A DNA stretch of 64,000 bases from Taibaiella sp. (GCA_013815385.1 JACDGL010000012.1:18019-82018); one strand, 5' to 3'; counted from the first letter of the stretch, positions 39,934 to 49,619 are shown. Notes: generated by a model not told the origin, from the letters alone. Made by a program: numbers and translations.

Positions 39934-40956
39934 ATGCTTTTCGAAGGCCGATTTACTGAAGGCAAAAATGCTTTTGATAACCGCATTACACAACTGTTTG
40001 GTATCAGTTATCCCGTTATACAGGCGGGTATGATATGGGCGTCGGGTTGGCGGTTAGCATCGGCAGTAAGCAATGCAGGCGGGCTGGGCCTTATTGGCGC
40101 AGGCAGCATGTACCCCCAGGTATTGCGGGAGCATATACAGAAATGTAAAAAAGCCACCGATAGGCCATTTGGCGTTAATCTGCCCTTGTTATACCCCGAT
40201 ATAGGCCAGCATGTAGCGGTGATACTGGAAGAAAAAGTACCGGTTGTATTTACCTCTGCCGGCAATCCAAAAAGCTGGACATCAAAATTCAAAGAACACG
40301 GTATCAAAGTAGTGCATGTAGTATCTAGCGCGCGGTTTGCAAAGAAGAGCCAGGATGCGGGGGTAGATGCCGTGGTAGCAGAAGGCTTTGAGGCCGGTGG
40401 GCACAATGGCCGTGAAGAAACAACCACACTTTGTTTAATACCCGCTGTGCGCGATGCGGTCACCATTCCGCTTATAGCGGCTGGCGGTATAGCAACCGGG
40501 CGTGCTATGATGGCCATGATGGCACTTGGTGCAGAGGGCGTGCAGATAGGCAGCCGGTTTGTATGCAGCCATGAAGCATCAAGCCACATTGCATTTAAGG
40601 AAGCGGTGATCAATGCAACGGAGGGCGATACTATAGTTACTATGAAACAGCTTACCCCTGTACGTCTTATTAAAAACGAATTTTACAAGCAGGTGCAGGA
40701 AGCAGAAAGCAAATGTGTCTCAACAGAGGAACTGCAAAATCTGCTGGGCCGCGCCCGCGCAAAGCAAGGCATGTTTGAAGGTGATCTGAATGAAGGCGAG
40801 CTGGAAATAGGTCAGGTAAGCGGAATGATAAAAGAAATAAAACCCGCAGGAGAAATTGTAAAGGAAATATGGATGAGTTTACTGTCGTTGCGCAAATGCC
40901 ATTTGCGTACTAAGTACCAGCCGTATCGTTTTGTTCCATTCACGTTGTTTTCCTGA
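39934..40956 (+). CDS. nitronate monooxygenase / FabK-like NAD(P)H-dependent flavin oxidoreductase
   Basis: 340 aa. YPVIQAGM, AGGLGLIGAG, VAEGFEAGGH and IAAGGIATGR fit. The last ~26 codons overlap the convergent gene 40879..41460. Confidence 0.83.
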   Translation: MLFEGRFTEGKNAFDNRITQLFGISYPVIQAGMIWASGWRLASAVSNAGGLGLIGAGSMYPQVLREHIQKCKKATDRPFGVNLPLLYPDIGQHVAVILEEKVPVVFTSAGNPKSWTSKFKEHGIKVVHVVSSARFAKKSQDAGVDAVVAEGFEAGGHNGREETTTLCLIPAVRDAVTIPLIAAGGIATGRAMMAMMALGAEGVQIGSRFVCSHEASSHIAFKEAVINATEGDTIVTMKQLTPVRLIKNEFYKQVQEAESKCVSTEELQNLLGRARAKQGMFEGDLNEGELEIGQVSGMIKEIKPAGEIVKEIWMSLLSLRKCHLRTKYQPYRFVPFTLFS

Positions 40957-41460
40957 GTTAGTAGAGTTGCCTGTTTCGCTATCATACTGCTGCTGCATCG
41001 CGTGGTGGCTAGCTATTATCGCGTCATATACATTTTGGATATCCACATCCCGGTTGGTAGTATCCTGCCTGAATTTGTACAATTCTGATTCCAGCTTTAA
41101 TGCGTAGATCTCGGTAATAATAAAATGTCCCAACTCATGCTTTAGCGTATAGGAAAGGTTTTCTATTAATTCTTTTTTCAGCCAGGACTCGTGCCGGTAA
41201 AAAACGGCCTCTGCCTTAAACCCAGCGAATTTCCCTGCATTATAAAGAAGATAATAGTTAATGCCGGTAGTGCTAATAGCCACATGCGGAGAAGCCCTGT
41301 CTGGCACCCCCTTGAAGTCGCTTGCATGGAACACATACCCCTCGCGCCACTGTATTGTATCTATAGATGGGTCAATGCCGCTGTAATGGCTTGCGGATTG
41401 GAAAGACATACTGCAAAGGCCAAAAAATAAAAGAATGGCTAAAGCGAATGTTCTTACCAT
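40879..41460 (-). CDS. secreted putative zinc metalloprotease (DUF922-like), HExxH motif
   Basis: 193 aa with signal MVRTFALAILLFFGLCSMSFQSA and motif LKHELGHFIITE. The family assignment is from memory. Confidence 0.6.
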   Translation of the reverse strand: MVRTFALAILLFFGLCSMSFQSASHYSGIDPSIDTIQWREGYVFHASDFKGVPDRASPHVAISTTGINYYLLYNAGKFAGFKAEAVFYRHESWLKKELIENLSYTLKHELGHFIITEIYALKLESELYKFRQDTTNRDVDIQNVYDAIIASHHAMQQQYDSETGNSTNSGKQREWNKTIRLVLSTQMAFAQRQ

Positions 41461-41477
41461 GATCCCAATTTACTTTT

Positions 41478-42650
41478 TTAATCCAGCAGTGGTGTATTGT
41501 TTTCCTCTACCAGGTTCAGGTCTACATGCTCCATGCCTGCTATCCCTTCTATAGAGCCTTTTATATGCGATGCGTTCAGTAGTACGCTGTCCATCTGCTT
41601 TTCACGCGCTTTCCACATTTTTTCCATCTGGTCTCGCTCCCGCTGTATCGACATTCGTATCGCCATAAACCCTTCCCGTATGGCCTTCCACTGGCCGGAA
41701 AATTCGTGGCTCGTTAAGTAGTTATAAAGCAAGGTCATTTTATCGCCTTTATTCTCCTGGTTCTTAGTTACCACATGTACCTTTAGTATCAGGTCGCGCA
41801 GTACGCTGGCCAGTGCTTTTACTTCGCTGAATGTGCAGATCCATACGCCATCTTTTTCGCCAAAGCATTCCATTTCTTTAGGCATGGCCTGTGTTACCAG
41901 TACGGCTACATCGGCGCCCTGGCTCAGCATATCTGCCTTTAGCTTATCCACCCATTCCTTACTAAAGGCATTGGTGCGCTTACTTTCATAGATGATCTTT
42001 CCACACTCCTGCCCGAAATTGTTCCGTACGGTCTGTATGGAATCTGCCCCACGCACCCCTTTACCCACTTCACTTATCAGGTCAAATGGAAAGGCGTTGC
42101 GGAGCAGTGCTTCCAGCGCCAGTTCCTGTACCTCGCCCTGTAGCTGCATAGATCCCTGCTCAGCCTTGCGCTTCATTTCTTCTGCCAGTTTGCGCTGGTC
42201 TTCCAGTTGCTTCTCCAGTTGTTTTAGCTGCATTTCATGCTGCTGGTCTTTCAGCTTGTTGCGCTCGTCTTCTTCTTTGCGTATCTGCTCGCCTAGCTTA
42301 TTGCGTTCCTCCAGCAGCATCTGCTGTAGCTTCAGGTCCAGCTCATTTTCTTTACTTATAAGGTCTTGCTGTTTTTTTATGAATTCCAGTTCCTTTTCTC
42401 GTGCCAGCTTCAGCTTGCTTTCATTCTCTAAATTGTTTTGTTGCAGCGCTTTCAGTTGCACCTCATAGTTATCCTGCACCTGCTTGCGTATATGTAGTTC
42501 ACTCTCTGCCAGCGCCTTTCTAGCTTCTTCTTCTTTTTTGCGTTGCCAGTCCACCATTTGTACACGCAGTTGCTTTTCCAGCTCATCCCGTATAGCATCC
42601 GATGGCTGGAATTCGGTAGAACAATTAGGACATATAATAGTAGTACTCAT
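41478..42650 (-). CDS. DUF2130 family protein (N-terminal zinc ribbon, long coiled coil)
   Basis: The ATG at 42650 gives MSTTIICPNCSTEF, followed by an E/K/Q/L-rich coiled coil and a conserved C-terminal globular part. The track start at 42686 adds 12 unlikely codons. Confidence 0.78.
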   Translation of the reverse strand: MSTTIICPNCSTEFQPSDAIRDELEKQLRVQMVDWQRKKEEEARKALAESELHIRKQVQDNYEVQLKALQQNNLENESKLKLAREKELEFIKKQQDLISKENELDLKLQQMLLEERNKLGEQIRKEEDERNKLKDQQHEMQLKQLEKQLEDQRKLAEEMKRKAEQGSMQLQGEVQELALEALLRNAFPFDLISEVGKGVRGADSIQTVRNNFGQECGKIIYESKRTNAFSKEWVDKLKADMLSQGADVAVLVTQAMPKEMECFGEKDGVWICTFSEVKALASVLRDLILKVHVVTKNQENKGDKMTLLYNYLTSHEFSGQWKAIREGFMAIRMSIQRERDQMEKMWKAREKQMDSVLLNASHIKGSIEGIAGMEHVDLNLVEENNTPLLD

Positions 42651-42731
42651 ACACTTCAGTATCTCGGAAAAATACAAATATCGCACTTATGAGGTTCTGT
42701 AACTCCTGATTATTTTTGTACTTTTCGGCCC

Positions 42732-44630
42732 ATGTGCATAAGGTTTTTACTTACCCTTTGCTGTTTATTCTTATGTATAGCAGCCTCGCCACAAAATATA
42801 CCGGCTTCTGCCCAGCGCCATTACAATAAGGCAATGGTGTATAAGGCCAAAAAAAATGTAGATAAGGCCTGTAAGGAAATGCAACGGGCCATAGATGACG
42901 ATCATGCATATACGGAAGCCTACAGCGCCCTGGGCCAGTGGCTGTTTGATATGCATATGTTTACCGCATCAGCTATAGTTTTCGATAAGGCTGCAAAAAG
43001 CTGTCCGCATGGCCGCACGGCATTCTCGCGCCCGCTGGCCCGCAGTCTCATCTTCAGCGGTAACACCACAGAAGGGTTAAATGCATTAAGCATTGGCAGC
43101 TCCACCGGGGCAGATAAGGAAGGCCAGCAACTGCACGACCAGGCTTATTATATCATGCGCGCTATGGGCACCCCATGGAAGGATACCGCATTTAATATGG
43201 GCTGGAGGGTCAATACAAAAAATGCAGAGCTGTTCCCATTCATCAGCGCCGATACGCAGACCTTTTACTTCACGCGCCGTATGAATAATATGGACCTGGA
43301 TTTTTATTATGCAGTGCCCGATACATGTGGTGGCTGGTACACCGCACGCAATATGGGCAGCCCTCCCAATACCCCCGATCAGGAATTAGGACAGACCATT
43401 TCAGCCGACGGCCATTACCTTTTCTTTACCCGCTGCGAAAACCGCAGTGAGAATGGATGGGACCAGGGCGGCTGCGATCTGTACATGGCCTACAGGTCTG
43501 ATAGTGTGTGGTCGGTACCGCAAAGCTTTGGGGGTACAATAAACACATCAGGATACGAGGGTATGGCCTGCCTCTCGCCCGATAACAGGCAGCTATATTT
43601 TGTAAGTGACCGACCAGGTGGCTATGGCGGGCTGGATATATGGGAATCAGATTTTGAGAACGGGCTTTGGCAACCTCCCCGCAATCTTGGCCCCTCAATA
43701 AATAGCGCCGGCAACGAAACATCGCCCTTCCTGCATATTGATAACCACACGCTTTACTACGCCAGCACCGGTAAGGGCGGCATGGGCGGCAGCGATCTTT
43801 TTATGAGCAGGCGCATCAATGATACTACCTGGGGTATGCCTGTAAACATGGGTTACCCGGTCAATACCCCTTATGATGAGATGAGCCCATGTGTAAGTAT
43901 AGATGGCAGGAAGCTTTATTTTTCTTCTGACAGGGATAGCCTTGCGGGCAATTATGATCTTTTTGAAATGCACCTGCCGGAGCAGTTGGCCCCGCAGCAG
44001 GTAGGCTACGTAAAGGGGTATGTGTATGATAGCATAGGTAAGGCCCGCCTTAACTATGCAAGCATCTACGTCAGCAATGCTATAAAAGGAGATACACTGT
44101 ATCACTTCGTTTCCAACAGGGGCGATGGCAGCTTTATGATCACACTCCCCGTTGGCAGCAAGTATTTTTTTGGTGCTGACCGCATCGGATACCTGGATGT
44201 AAAAGATACTTTTGAAATTACGGACGAATACCTGCACAAGCCATTAGAGCACAATATCGCCTTGCTGCCCAATGATTACCAGAAGCCGGTGTCTGATACT
44301 TTGGTGCTCACAATCCACTTTCCGCTCAATAGCTACACCCTTACTGATTCTGATAAGGCGGTGATACAGCAGCTAATGCAGCCCTGGCTGGTAACAAAAG
44401 ATTTTGCCCTGGCAGTAAACGGATACACAGATAATACCGGTACCCCTATGATCAATGAGCAGCTGTCCTTTCAGCGTGCAGGGCTGGTAAGCCAGGCTAT
44501 TATTGCATTGGGAGTAGACCCATCGGTAGTGCGCTCACAGGGCTGGGGCGAGGCCAATCCCGTAGCCCCCAATGACAATCTGGATAACCAGGCACGCAAT
44601 CGAAGGGTAGAGGTCATTATCACTCATTAG
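42732..44630 (+). CDS. OmpA family protein with TPR and TolB-like (WD40-like beta-propeller) repeats
   Basis: 632 aa. FFTR/YFVSDRPGG/YYAS/YFSSDR repeats recur, and the C-terminal OmpA domain reads GYTDNTGTPMINEQLSFQRAG...NRRVEV. Confidence 0.85.
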   Translation: MCIRFLLTLCCLFLCIAASPQNIPASAQRHYNKAMVYKAKKNVDKACKEMQRAIDDDHAYTEAYSALGQWLFDMHMFTASAIVFDKAAKSCPHGRTAFSRPLARSLIFSGNTTEGLNALSIGSSTGADKEGQQLHDQAYYIMRAMGTPWKDTAFNMGWRVNTKNAELFPFISADTQTFYFTRRMNNMDLDFYYAVPDTCGGWYTARNMGSPPNTPDQELGQTISADGHYLFFTRCENRSENGWDQGGCDLYMAYRSDSVWSVPQSFGGTINTSGYEGMACLSPDNRQLYFVSDRPGGYGGLDIWESDFENGLWQPPRNLGPSINSAGNETSPFLHIDNHTLYYASTGKGGMGGSDLFMSRRINDTTWGMPVNMGYPVNTPYDEMSPCVSIDGRKLYFSSDRDSLAGNYDLFEMHLPEQLAPQQVGYVKGYVYDSIGKARLNYASIYVSNAIKGDTLYHFVSNRGDGSFMITLPVGSKYFFGADRIGYLDVKDTFEITDEYLHKPLEHNIALLPNDYQKPVSDTLVLTIHFPLNSYTLTDSDKAVIQQLMQPWLVTKDFALAVNGYTDNTGTPMINEQLSFQRAGLVSQAIIALGVDPSVVRSQGWGEANPVAPNDNLDNQARNRRVEVIITH

Positions 44631-44707
44631 CAGCAGGGTTGTTTTCAACCTTCCTTAGCAGGGTTGGCGCATTTTATCTATTTTTACTTCCTCATATATT
44701 ACCATAC

Positions 44708-45541
44708 ATGAACCATCAATTGCTTAAAGGAAAGAAAGGCATCATCTTCGGCGCCCTCGACGAACGTTCACTTGGCTGGAAGGTGGCGCAACGTGCCACA
44801 CATGAAGGTGCGCAGATAGTGCTGACCAATGCCCCAATTGCCCTGCGCATGGGCAAGATAAATGAGCTGGCAAAAGAGTGCAATAATGCGCCGGTGATAC
44901 CTGCCGATGCCACTTCTATGCCTGATCTCGAAAATCTCTTCCAGAAAAGCATGGAAGCCTTTGGTGGTAAGATCGACTTTGTGCTGCACTCGGTAGGTAT
45001 GTCTCCAAATGTGCGCAAAAACATTCCTTATACTGATACCAACTACGAAAACTTTCATAAGACACTCGATATATCGGCGCTTTCACTGCACCGCGTATTG
45101 CAGGTAGCCATGAAGATGGATGCCCTCAATGAATGGTCATCGGTTGTAGCCCTTAGTTACATAGCAGCACAGCGCAGCTTTCCAGGCTATAATGATATGG
45201 CAGATGCCAAGGCGCTGCTCGAAAGCATAGCACGTAGCTTTGGCTACCATTACGGCTTTGCCAAAAAGGTGCGTGTCAATACCATATCGCAGTCGCCTAC
45301 GCCTACTACCGCGGGTTCCGGCGTAGCAGGGTTCGATGTGTTTTTCGAATATGCCGAAAAAATGTCCCCGCTTGGTAATGCCAGCGGCGAGGACTGCGCT
45401 AACTATTGTTTGTCCCTCTTCAGCGATTATACCCGAATGGTCACTATGCAGAACCTTTTCCACGATGGTGGCTTTTCTGCAACCGGTGTCAGCGAGCCTA
45501 TTGTGGACCAGATGACAAAAGCGCTTCAGGTCAACGGCTGA
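44708..45541 (+). CDS. fabI: enoyl-[acyl-carrier-protein] reductase (NADH)
   Basis: The ATG at 44708 gives MNHQLLKGKKGIIFGALDERSLGWKVA. HSVGMSP and YNDMADAKALLES (Tyr/Lys catalytic pair region) fit FabI. Confidence 0.92.
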   Translation: MNHQLLKGKKGIIFGALDERSLGWKVAQRATHEGAQIVLTNAPIALRMGKINELAKECNNAPVIPADATSMPDLENLFQKSMEAFGGKIDFVLHSVGMSPNVRKNIPYTDTNYENFHKTLDISALSLHRVLQVAMKMDALNEWSSVVALSYIAAQRSFPGYNDMADAKALLESIARSFGYHYGFAKKVRVNTISQSPTPTTAGSGVAGFDVFFEYAEKMSPLGNASGEDCANYCLSLFSDYTRMVTMQNLFHDGGFSATGVSEPIVDQMTKALQVNG

Positions 45542-45606
45542 TAACTTCTTTTTTGCCTGCACCTGGTTGGTGCAGAACCGCAATATTTAACCATCTACAG
45601 CGTTCT

Positions 45607-46716
45607 ATGTCTATGCAACTGAAAAATTGGGCTGCTGTATTATTGTTGTCGCTGGGGGGTAGCATGGCTAAGGCACAGGTAGTAGGCGGCCAGTACGCCA
45701 TGGAGTTCCTGCGCTTATCAAATGCGCCGCACATATCTGCGCTGGGCGGTATCAATGTAGCCAACCCTGATGAGGATATATCCTTTGCATTGCAGAACCC
45801 CGCGCTCATGCGGCCGGGATTGCACAACCAGTTGGAGCTTAATTATAATAGCTACTACGCGGGCATCAGCATTGCCAACCTGCAATATGGCTACCATGCG
45901 GAGAAGATAAATACTTCCTTTTTCCTGGGGGTACAATCCGTTAACTATGGCACCTTTTCACAGACCGATAATCTCGGTACTGTATCTGGCGATTTCCACG
46001 CTTCTGAATATGCCCTTACTGTAGGGGCATCGCGCAGCTATGGCGAGCGTTGGCGCTATGGTGCTGACCTGAAGTTTGCAAGCTCTACTCTGTACGATTT
46101 TTCTGCAAAGGCTTTGCTTAGCGATGTGGGCATTAACTATTACGATAGTGCTAACCTGCTGGATGTAGGCGCTACTGCCAAGAATATGGGCTTCATGTTC
46201 CGCAATTATACGCCGGGCAACCAGGAGCCTTTACCTTTCGATCTCCAGATAGGGGTATCCAAGCAGTTCAAGCATCTACCCCTTCGCCTGATAGCTACAT
46301 TGCATCATATCTACGAGTGGAATATTCGCTATGACAATCCTGCGGATGTACAGAGGAGCAGCCTGTTTGGCAATGATACTTTAAAACCTTCTACCAAGTC
46401 GTATTTCTTTGATAAGCTCCTCCGCCATTTTATTTTTGGCGCCGAGCTGTCGCTTGCTAAGCGCCTCACCCTTACTGTCGCCTATAACGATCTGCGCCGT
46501 ACCGAGCTTGCGTTGCAGGACCGTACCGGGCTTACAGGCTTTTCTTTCGGTGCCGGGCTTTACCTCAATAAGTTTCAGGTGCATTATGCACGCTCTTATT
46601 ACTACATAGGCGGTGCCTACAATGAGATAGGCATTACCATGGCGCTCAATAAGTTGATGGGCATAGGCCGCGCCGGCGAAAAAGCGGGCTGGAGCAATAC
46701 CTACAACAATTGGTAA
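45607..46716 (+). CDS. porQ: type IX secretion system protein PorQ
   Basis: The track ORF starts at 45406 inside fabI. The ATG at 45607 gives signal MSMQLKNWAAVLLLSLGGSMAKAQ, then GGQYAMEFLRLSNAPHISALGGINVANPDEDISFALQNPALM, the PorQ N-terminal signature as I remember it. Confidence 0.83.
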   Translation: MSMQLKNWAAVLLLSLGGSMAKAQVVGGQYAMEFLRLSNAPHISALGGINVANPDEDISFALQNPALMRPGLHNQLELNYNSYYAGISIANLQYGYHAEKINTSFFLGVQSVNYGTFSQTDNLGTVSGDFHASEYALTVGASRSYGERWRYGADLKFASSTLYDFSAKALLSDVGINYYDSANLLDVGATAKNMGFMFRNYTPGNQEPLPFDLQIGVSKQFKHLPLRLIATLHHIYEWNIRYDNPADVQRSSLFGNDTLKPSTKSYFFDKLLRHFIFGAELSLAKRLTLTVAYNDLRRTELALQDRTGLTGFSFGAGLYLNKFQVHYARSYYYIGGAYNEIGITMALNKLMGIGRAGEKAGWSNTYNNW

Positions 46717-46879
46717 ATTAAAGGTTTTAAAAGGCGCTTTCAGCCCTTCTGCTCTTTATTTTATTTGCCTCAACAGCAGCATTCACAAGCCAGTAAATCT
46801 TCTGGTAACCACAATACGTTCGATATCTATAGCACAGAATCTCTTATCAATTGGCAACAATAAGGTAAACAGCTCCCCT

Positions 46880-48358
46880 TTAGGGGTTGGGGGTTTCAGG
46901 TATCGTCATCCATTTTTCCGTGTTCAGGTGGGTAACGCTTGTCTCTATGCCATAATGCGCATGCAGGTACGCTGCCATTTTTTCGGCGGCATACACACTC
47001 CTGTGTTGGCCGCCAGTGCAGCCAAATGATACGCTCAGTTGCTCAAAACCGCGCGCCAGGTAGTCTTCCACATTCAGCGATACCATGCTATAGGCATGGT
47101 CCATAAATTCAGGCATGCGGGTATCCCGCTCCAGGAATTGTATCACGGGTTCGTCCTTGCCGGTAAGGTGTTTGTAGTCAGCAAAGCGCCCGGGGTTCAG
47201 CAGGCCGCGGCAGTCAAATACATAGCCACCGCCATTGCTCCCTTTATCTTTGGGTATTCCGTTTTTATAAGAGAAGCTGCATATGTTTACCACCAGCTTT
47301 GCATCGGCTGCACGCTCAGGCTGGGTGTAGCGCTGCTGCATCTCTGGGGTGCATATGCGCTCCAGCAGGCCACGCAGCTCAGGGAATGCGGGCAGGTGCG
47401 GATGCGAAGCCAGGAAGCTTTCCAGGTTCTTTAGTGCAGGTGCTATGCTGGTTATAAAATGCTGCTTGTGCTGTAGTAGCCCGCGGAAACCATAAGCGCC
47501 CAGTACTTGTAGTAGGCGTACCAGTACGAACTGTGCATACCCACGGCGAAAGTGTATCTCATCCATGCGGGGCACATGCAGGTCGCTGAGGCAAGCTATG
47601 TAGCTGTTCACCAGGTCTTCGCGCCAGGCCTGCGGCAATTGTGCGCGCGCCTGCCATAGCAGCGATGCTATATCGTACTGCGGCGGGCCCTGCATTACGC
47701 CCTGGTAATCTATAAAGTACACCTTATCCTCGTGCAGCATTATATTGCGGCTCTGGAAGTCGCGGTACATAAGCACCTGCGGCTGTACATGGCCCAGCTC
47801 GCGGCTTAGCTGTTCCAGCTCGCTTATCAGTAATATTTTATCATAGGGTATCTGCTGCAGGTCGGCAAAGTAGTATTTAAAATACAGCAGGTCGCTCATT
47901 ATCGCTTTGTCATTAAACTGGGCCGATGCGAAACACTGTTTGTAGTCAGCCTCGCGGCCGGCTATCCATTGCACCTTTGCCAGTTGCTCCAGGCTCTTCT
48001 GGTAGTTCTTATGCACCTTATCGGTAAATCCTTCCTTCAGTACCTGGTCAAATAGGGTAGTGCTGCCAAGGTCCTGTTGCAGGTACATACGCCGGTCTTT
48101 GCTGGTAGCATATAGCTTCGGTACATTGATGCCGTGTTTCGCAAACAGGTTGGTGAAGTAAAAGAAAGTATTGTTCTCCGCTACATTAGCGTTGTAGGCT
48201 CCTATGGCGCTGTGTTTCCCTCCTTTTATCCGGTAGTACCGCCTGTCCGATCCTGATACCGCCAGCGCATCCACATGCTCCGGCATTTGTCCGTAGTGTT
48301 CTTCAAAAAGCTTTTCCAGTGTGCTTATTACCTGTGCCGATGATTTATTTACTGTCAT
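46880..48358 (-). CDS. fusion protein: AmgK-like aminoglycoside-phosphotransferase-fold kinase (N) plus RapZ C-terminal-like domain (C)
   Basis: The ATG at 48358 gives MTVNKSS.... The N-terminal half has SGSDRRYYRI and YRDFQSRNIML..IDYQG (APH/AmgK catalytic loop). The C-terminal half has FDCRGLLNPGR...LTGKDEPVIQFLE and FGCTGGQHRSVYAAEKMAAYL, which match the RapZ C-terminal domain. There is no Walker A motif. Confidence 0.8.
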   Translation of the reverse strand: MTVNKSSAQVISTLEKLFEEHYGQMPEHVDALAVSGSDRRYYRIKGGKHSAIGAYNANVAENNTFFYFTNLFAKHGINVPKLYATSKDRRMYLQQDLGSTTLFDQVLKEGFTDKVHKNYQKSLEQLAKVQWIAGREADYKQCFASAQFNDKAIMSDLLYFKYYFADLQQIPYDKILLISELEQLSRELGHVQPQVLMYRDFQSRNIMLHEDKVYFIDYQGVMQGPPQYDIASLLWQARAQLPQAWREDLVNSYIACLSDLHVPRMDEIHFRRGYAQFVLVRLLQVLGAYGFRGLLQHKQHFITSIAPALKNLESFLASHPHLPAFPELRGLLERICTPEMQQRYTQPERAADAKLVVNICSFSYKNGIPKDKGSNGGGYVFDCRGLLNPGRFADYKHLTGKDEPVIQFLERDTRMPEFMDHAYSMVSLNVEDYLARGFEQLSVSFGCTGGQHRSVYAAEKMAAYLHAHYGIETSVTHLNTEKWMTIPETPNP

Positions 48359-48857
48359 GTTGTTTCTTAGGGTACTCAAATAAAAATACCTGCTTCTCTG
48401 TGCGGCTAAAATCGCTCCAGTGCAGTCCATCAAATTTTGCGGCTACTGCACCGCAGGTAGGCATATTGTCTATCGTAAATTTGTGCGGCGCCAGGGAGTT
48501 TACAAAGGCCGTTATCCCCGGGTTGTGCGCCACCACATATACTGTTCCTACATTATCAGGCACGCCTGCTATCAGCTCTTCAAATACCGATGGTATGCAA
48601 TGGTACAGGGTCTCTTCCCATTGTATCTTCGCCTCATCATAGCCTGTGGCCTTTGCTATCTTTTTGGCTGTCTGCTTGGCTCTCCGTGCCGTGCTGGCTA
48701 TTACCAGGTCGGGCGGCACCTGCTGTTTTTTCAGCCGTTCACCTATTACCGGGGCATCCTGCTCGCCCCTTTCGTTAAGTGGCCTGTCAAAATCGCTTTG
48801 CAGCGGGTTGGCCCAGCTACTTTTTGCATGTCTTATTATTACTACAGTGCGTTGCAT
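48345..48857 (-). CDS. sixA: phosphohistidine phosphatase SixA (histidine phosphatase superfamily)
   Basis: 170 aa. VVIIRHAKSSW...RPLNERGEQDA (RHG motif) and VAHNPG are present. Its last 14 nt overlap the downstream kinase-fusion gene. Confidence 0.83.
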   Translation of the reverse strand: MQRTVVIIRHAKSSWANPLQSDFDRPLNERGEQDAPVIGERLKKQQVPPDLVIASTARRAKQTAKKIAKATGYDEAKIQWEETLYHCIPSVFEELIAGVPDNVGTVYVVAHNPGITAFVNSLAPHKFTIDNMPTCGAVAAKFDGLHWSDFSRTEKQVFLFEYPKKQHDSK

Positions 48858-48860
48858 CTC

Positions 48861-49619
48861 CTACTTCGCTTTATAATATTTCAGTTGCAATTCCTTTCCG
48901 TCATATACCGCGTAGCTGTCGTATTTCAGCCAGTCGCCCAGGTTCACATACAGGCTGTTTTGCGGCAGGGGGTATTCTATGGCCAGGTGCCGGTGCCCAA
49001 AGAGGAAATAGTCCACATGCTCCCGCTTCAGTACATCCAGGCTATACTGTATCAGCCATTCTTTCTCGGGCCCCAGAAATAATGCCTCCCCGGTATCGTG
49101 CTTTGGCCCCATCCTGCTAAACCATCCCGCCACGCCTAGCCCTGTTACCGGGTGTATGCGGCGGTACAGCCATTGCGATAGTGGGCTGCGCAGCACCTTC
49201 TTCAGCAGCTTGTAGCCGTGGTCGCCTGGCCCCAGGCCATCGCCGTGCGCTATTAAAAATTTTTTGCCGTTATACTCGCGGCGCAGGGGTGCGTGGTGTA
49301 CAGGTATATTCATCTCGTCCTCAAAGTAGCCGCGCATCCACAGGTCGTGGTTGCCGGTAAATACTTCTATTTGCAGGCCACCATCGCTTAGTTCTGCCAG
49401 CTTGCCCAGAAAGCGGGTATAGCCCTTGGGCACCACGTTCCGGTATTCAAACCACACATCAAACAGGTCGCCCACCAGGTATAGCGCGGCGGCATCGGCC
49501 TTTATCTCATCCAGCCACTGGCATATGCGTTTTTCCCGCGCCAGGCTACCCTCCTTATCAGGTAAGCCCAGGTGAAAATCGGACGCGAAATATACTTTTT
49601 TGCCTATGGGTAACTGCAT
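48861..49619 (-). CDS. lpxH: UDP-2,3-diacylglucosamine diphosphatase
   Basis: The ATG at 49619 gives MQLPIGKKVYFASDFHLG. LVGDLFDVWFEY, GNHD and FGHRH are calcineurin-like LpxH motifs. Confidence 0.9.
   Translation of the reverse strand: MQLPIGKKVYFASDFHLGLPDKEGSLAREKRICQWLDEIKADAAALYLVGDLFDVWFEYRNVVPKGYTRFLGKLAELSDGGLQIEVFTGNHDLWMRGYFEDEMNIPVHHAPLRREYNGKKFLIAHGDGLGPGDHGYKLLKKVLRSPLSQWLYRRIHPVTGLGVAGWFSRMGPKHDTGEALFLGPEKEWLIQYSLDVLKREHVDYFLFGHRHLAIEYPLPQNSLYVNLGDWLKYDSYAVYDGKELQLKYYKAK

Noticed and set aside
38832-40613. Long minus-strand ORFs of 199 aa and 201 aa inside the M16 peptidase and FabK-like genes.
   Set aside because: They are antisense to confidently identified genes with strong motifs and have no motifs of their own.
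41992-42468. A 158-aa Ser/Cys/Phe-rich plus-strand ORF.
   Set aside because: It is antisense to the E/K/Q/L coiled coil of the DUF2130 gene, so it is a classic shadow ORF.
41478-42650. The DUF2130 (Zn-ribbon plus coiled coil) and DUF922 (HExxH) pair, considered as a possible novel system.
   Set aside because: Composition is host-like and both are broadly conserved families as far as I recall. There is no island signature and no coupling (17-nt gap, no overlap). I see no evidence beyond adjacency.
45406-45606. The upstream extension of the PorQ ORF, which overlaps the fabI 3' end by 136 nt.
   Set aside because: The extension has no signal peptide. The ATG at 45607 yields a canonical signal peptide immediately followed by the PorQ signature.
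48420-49120. Plus-strand ORFs of 220, 113 and 76 aa across sixA and lpxH.
   Set aside because: They are antisense shadow ORFs of two well-supported minus-strand genes.
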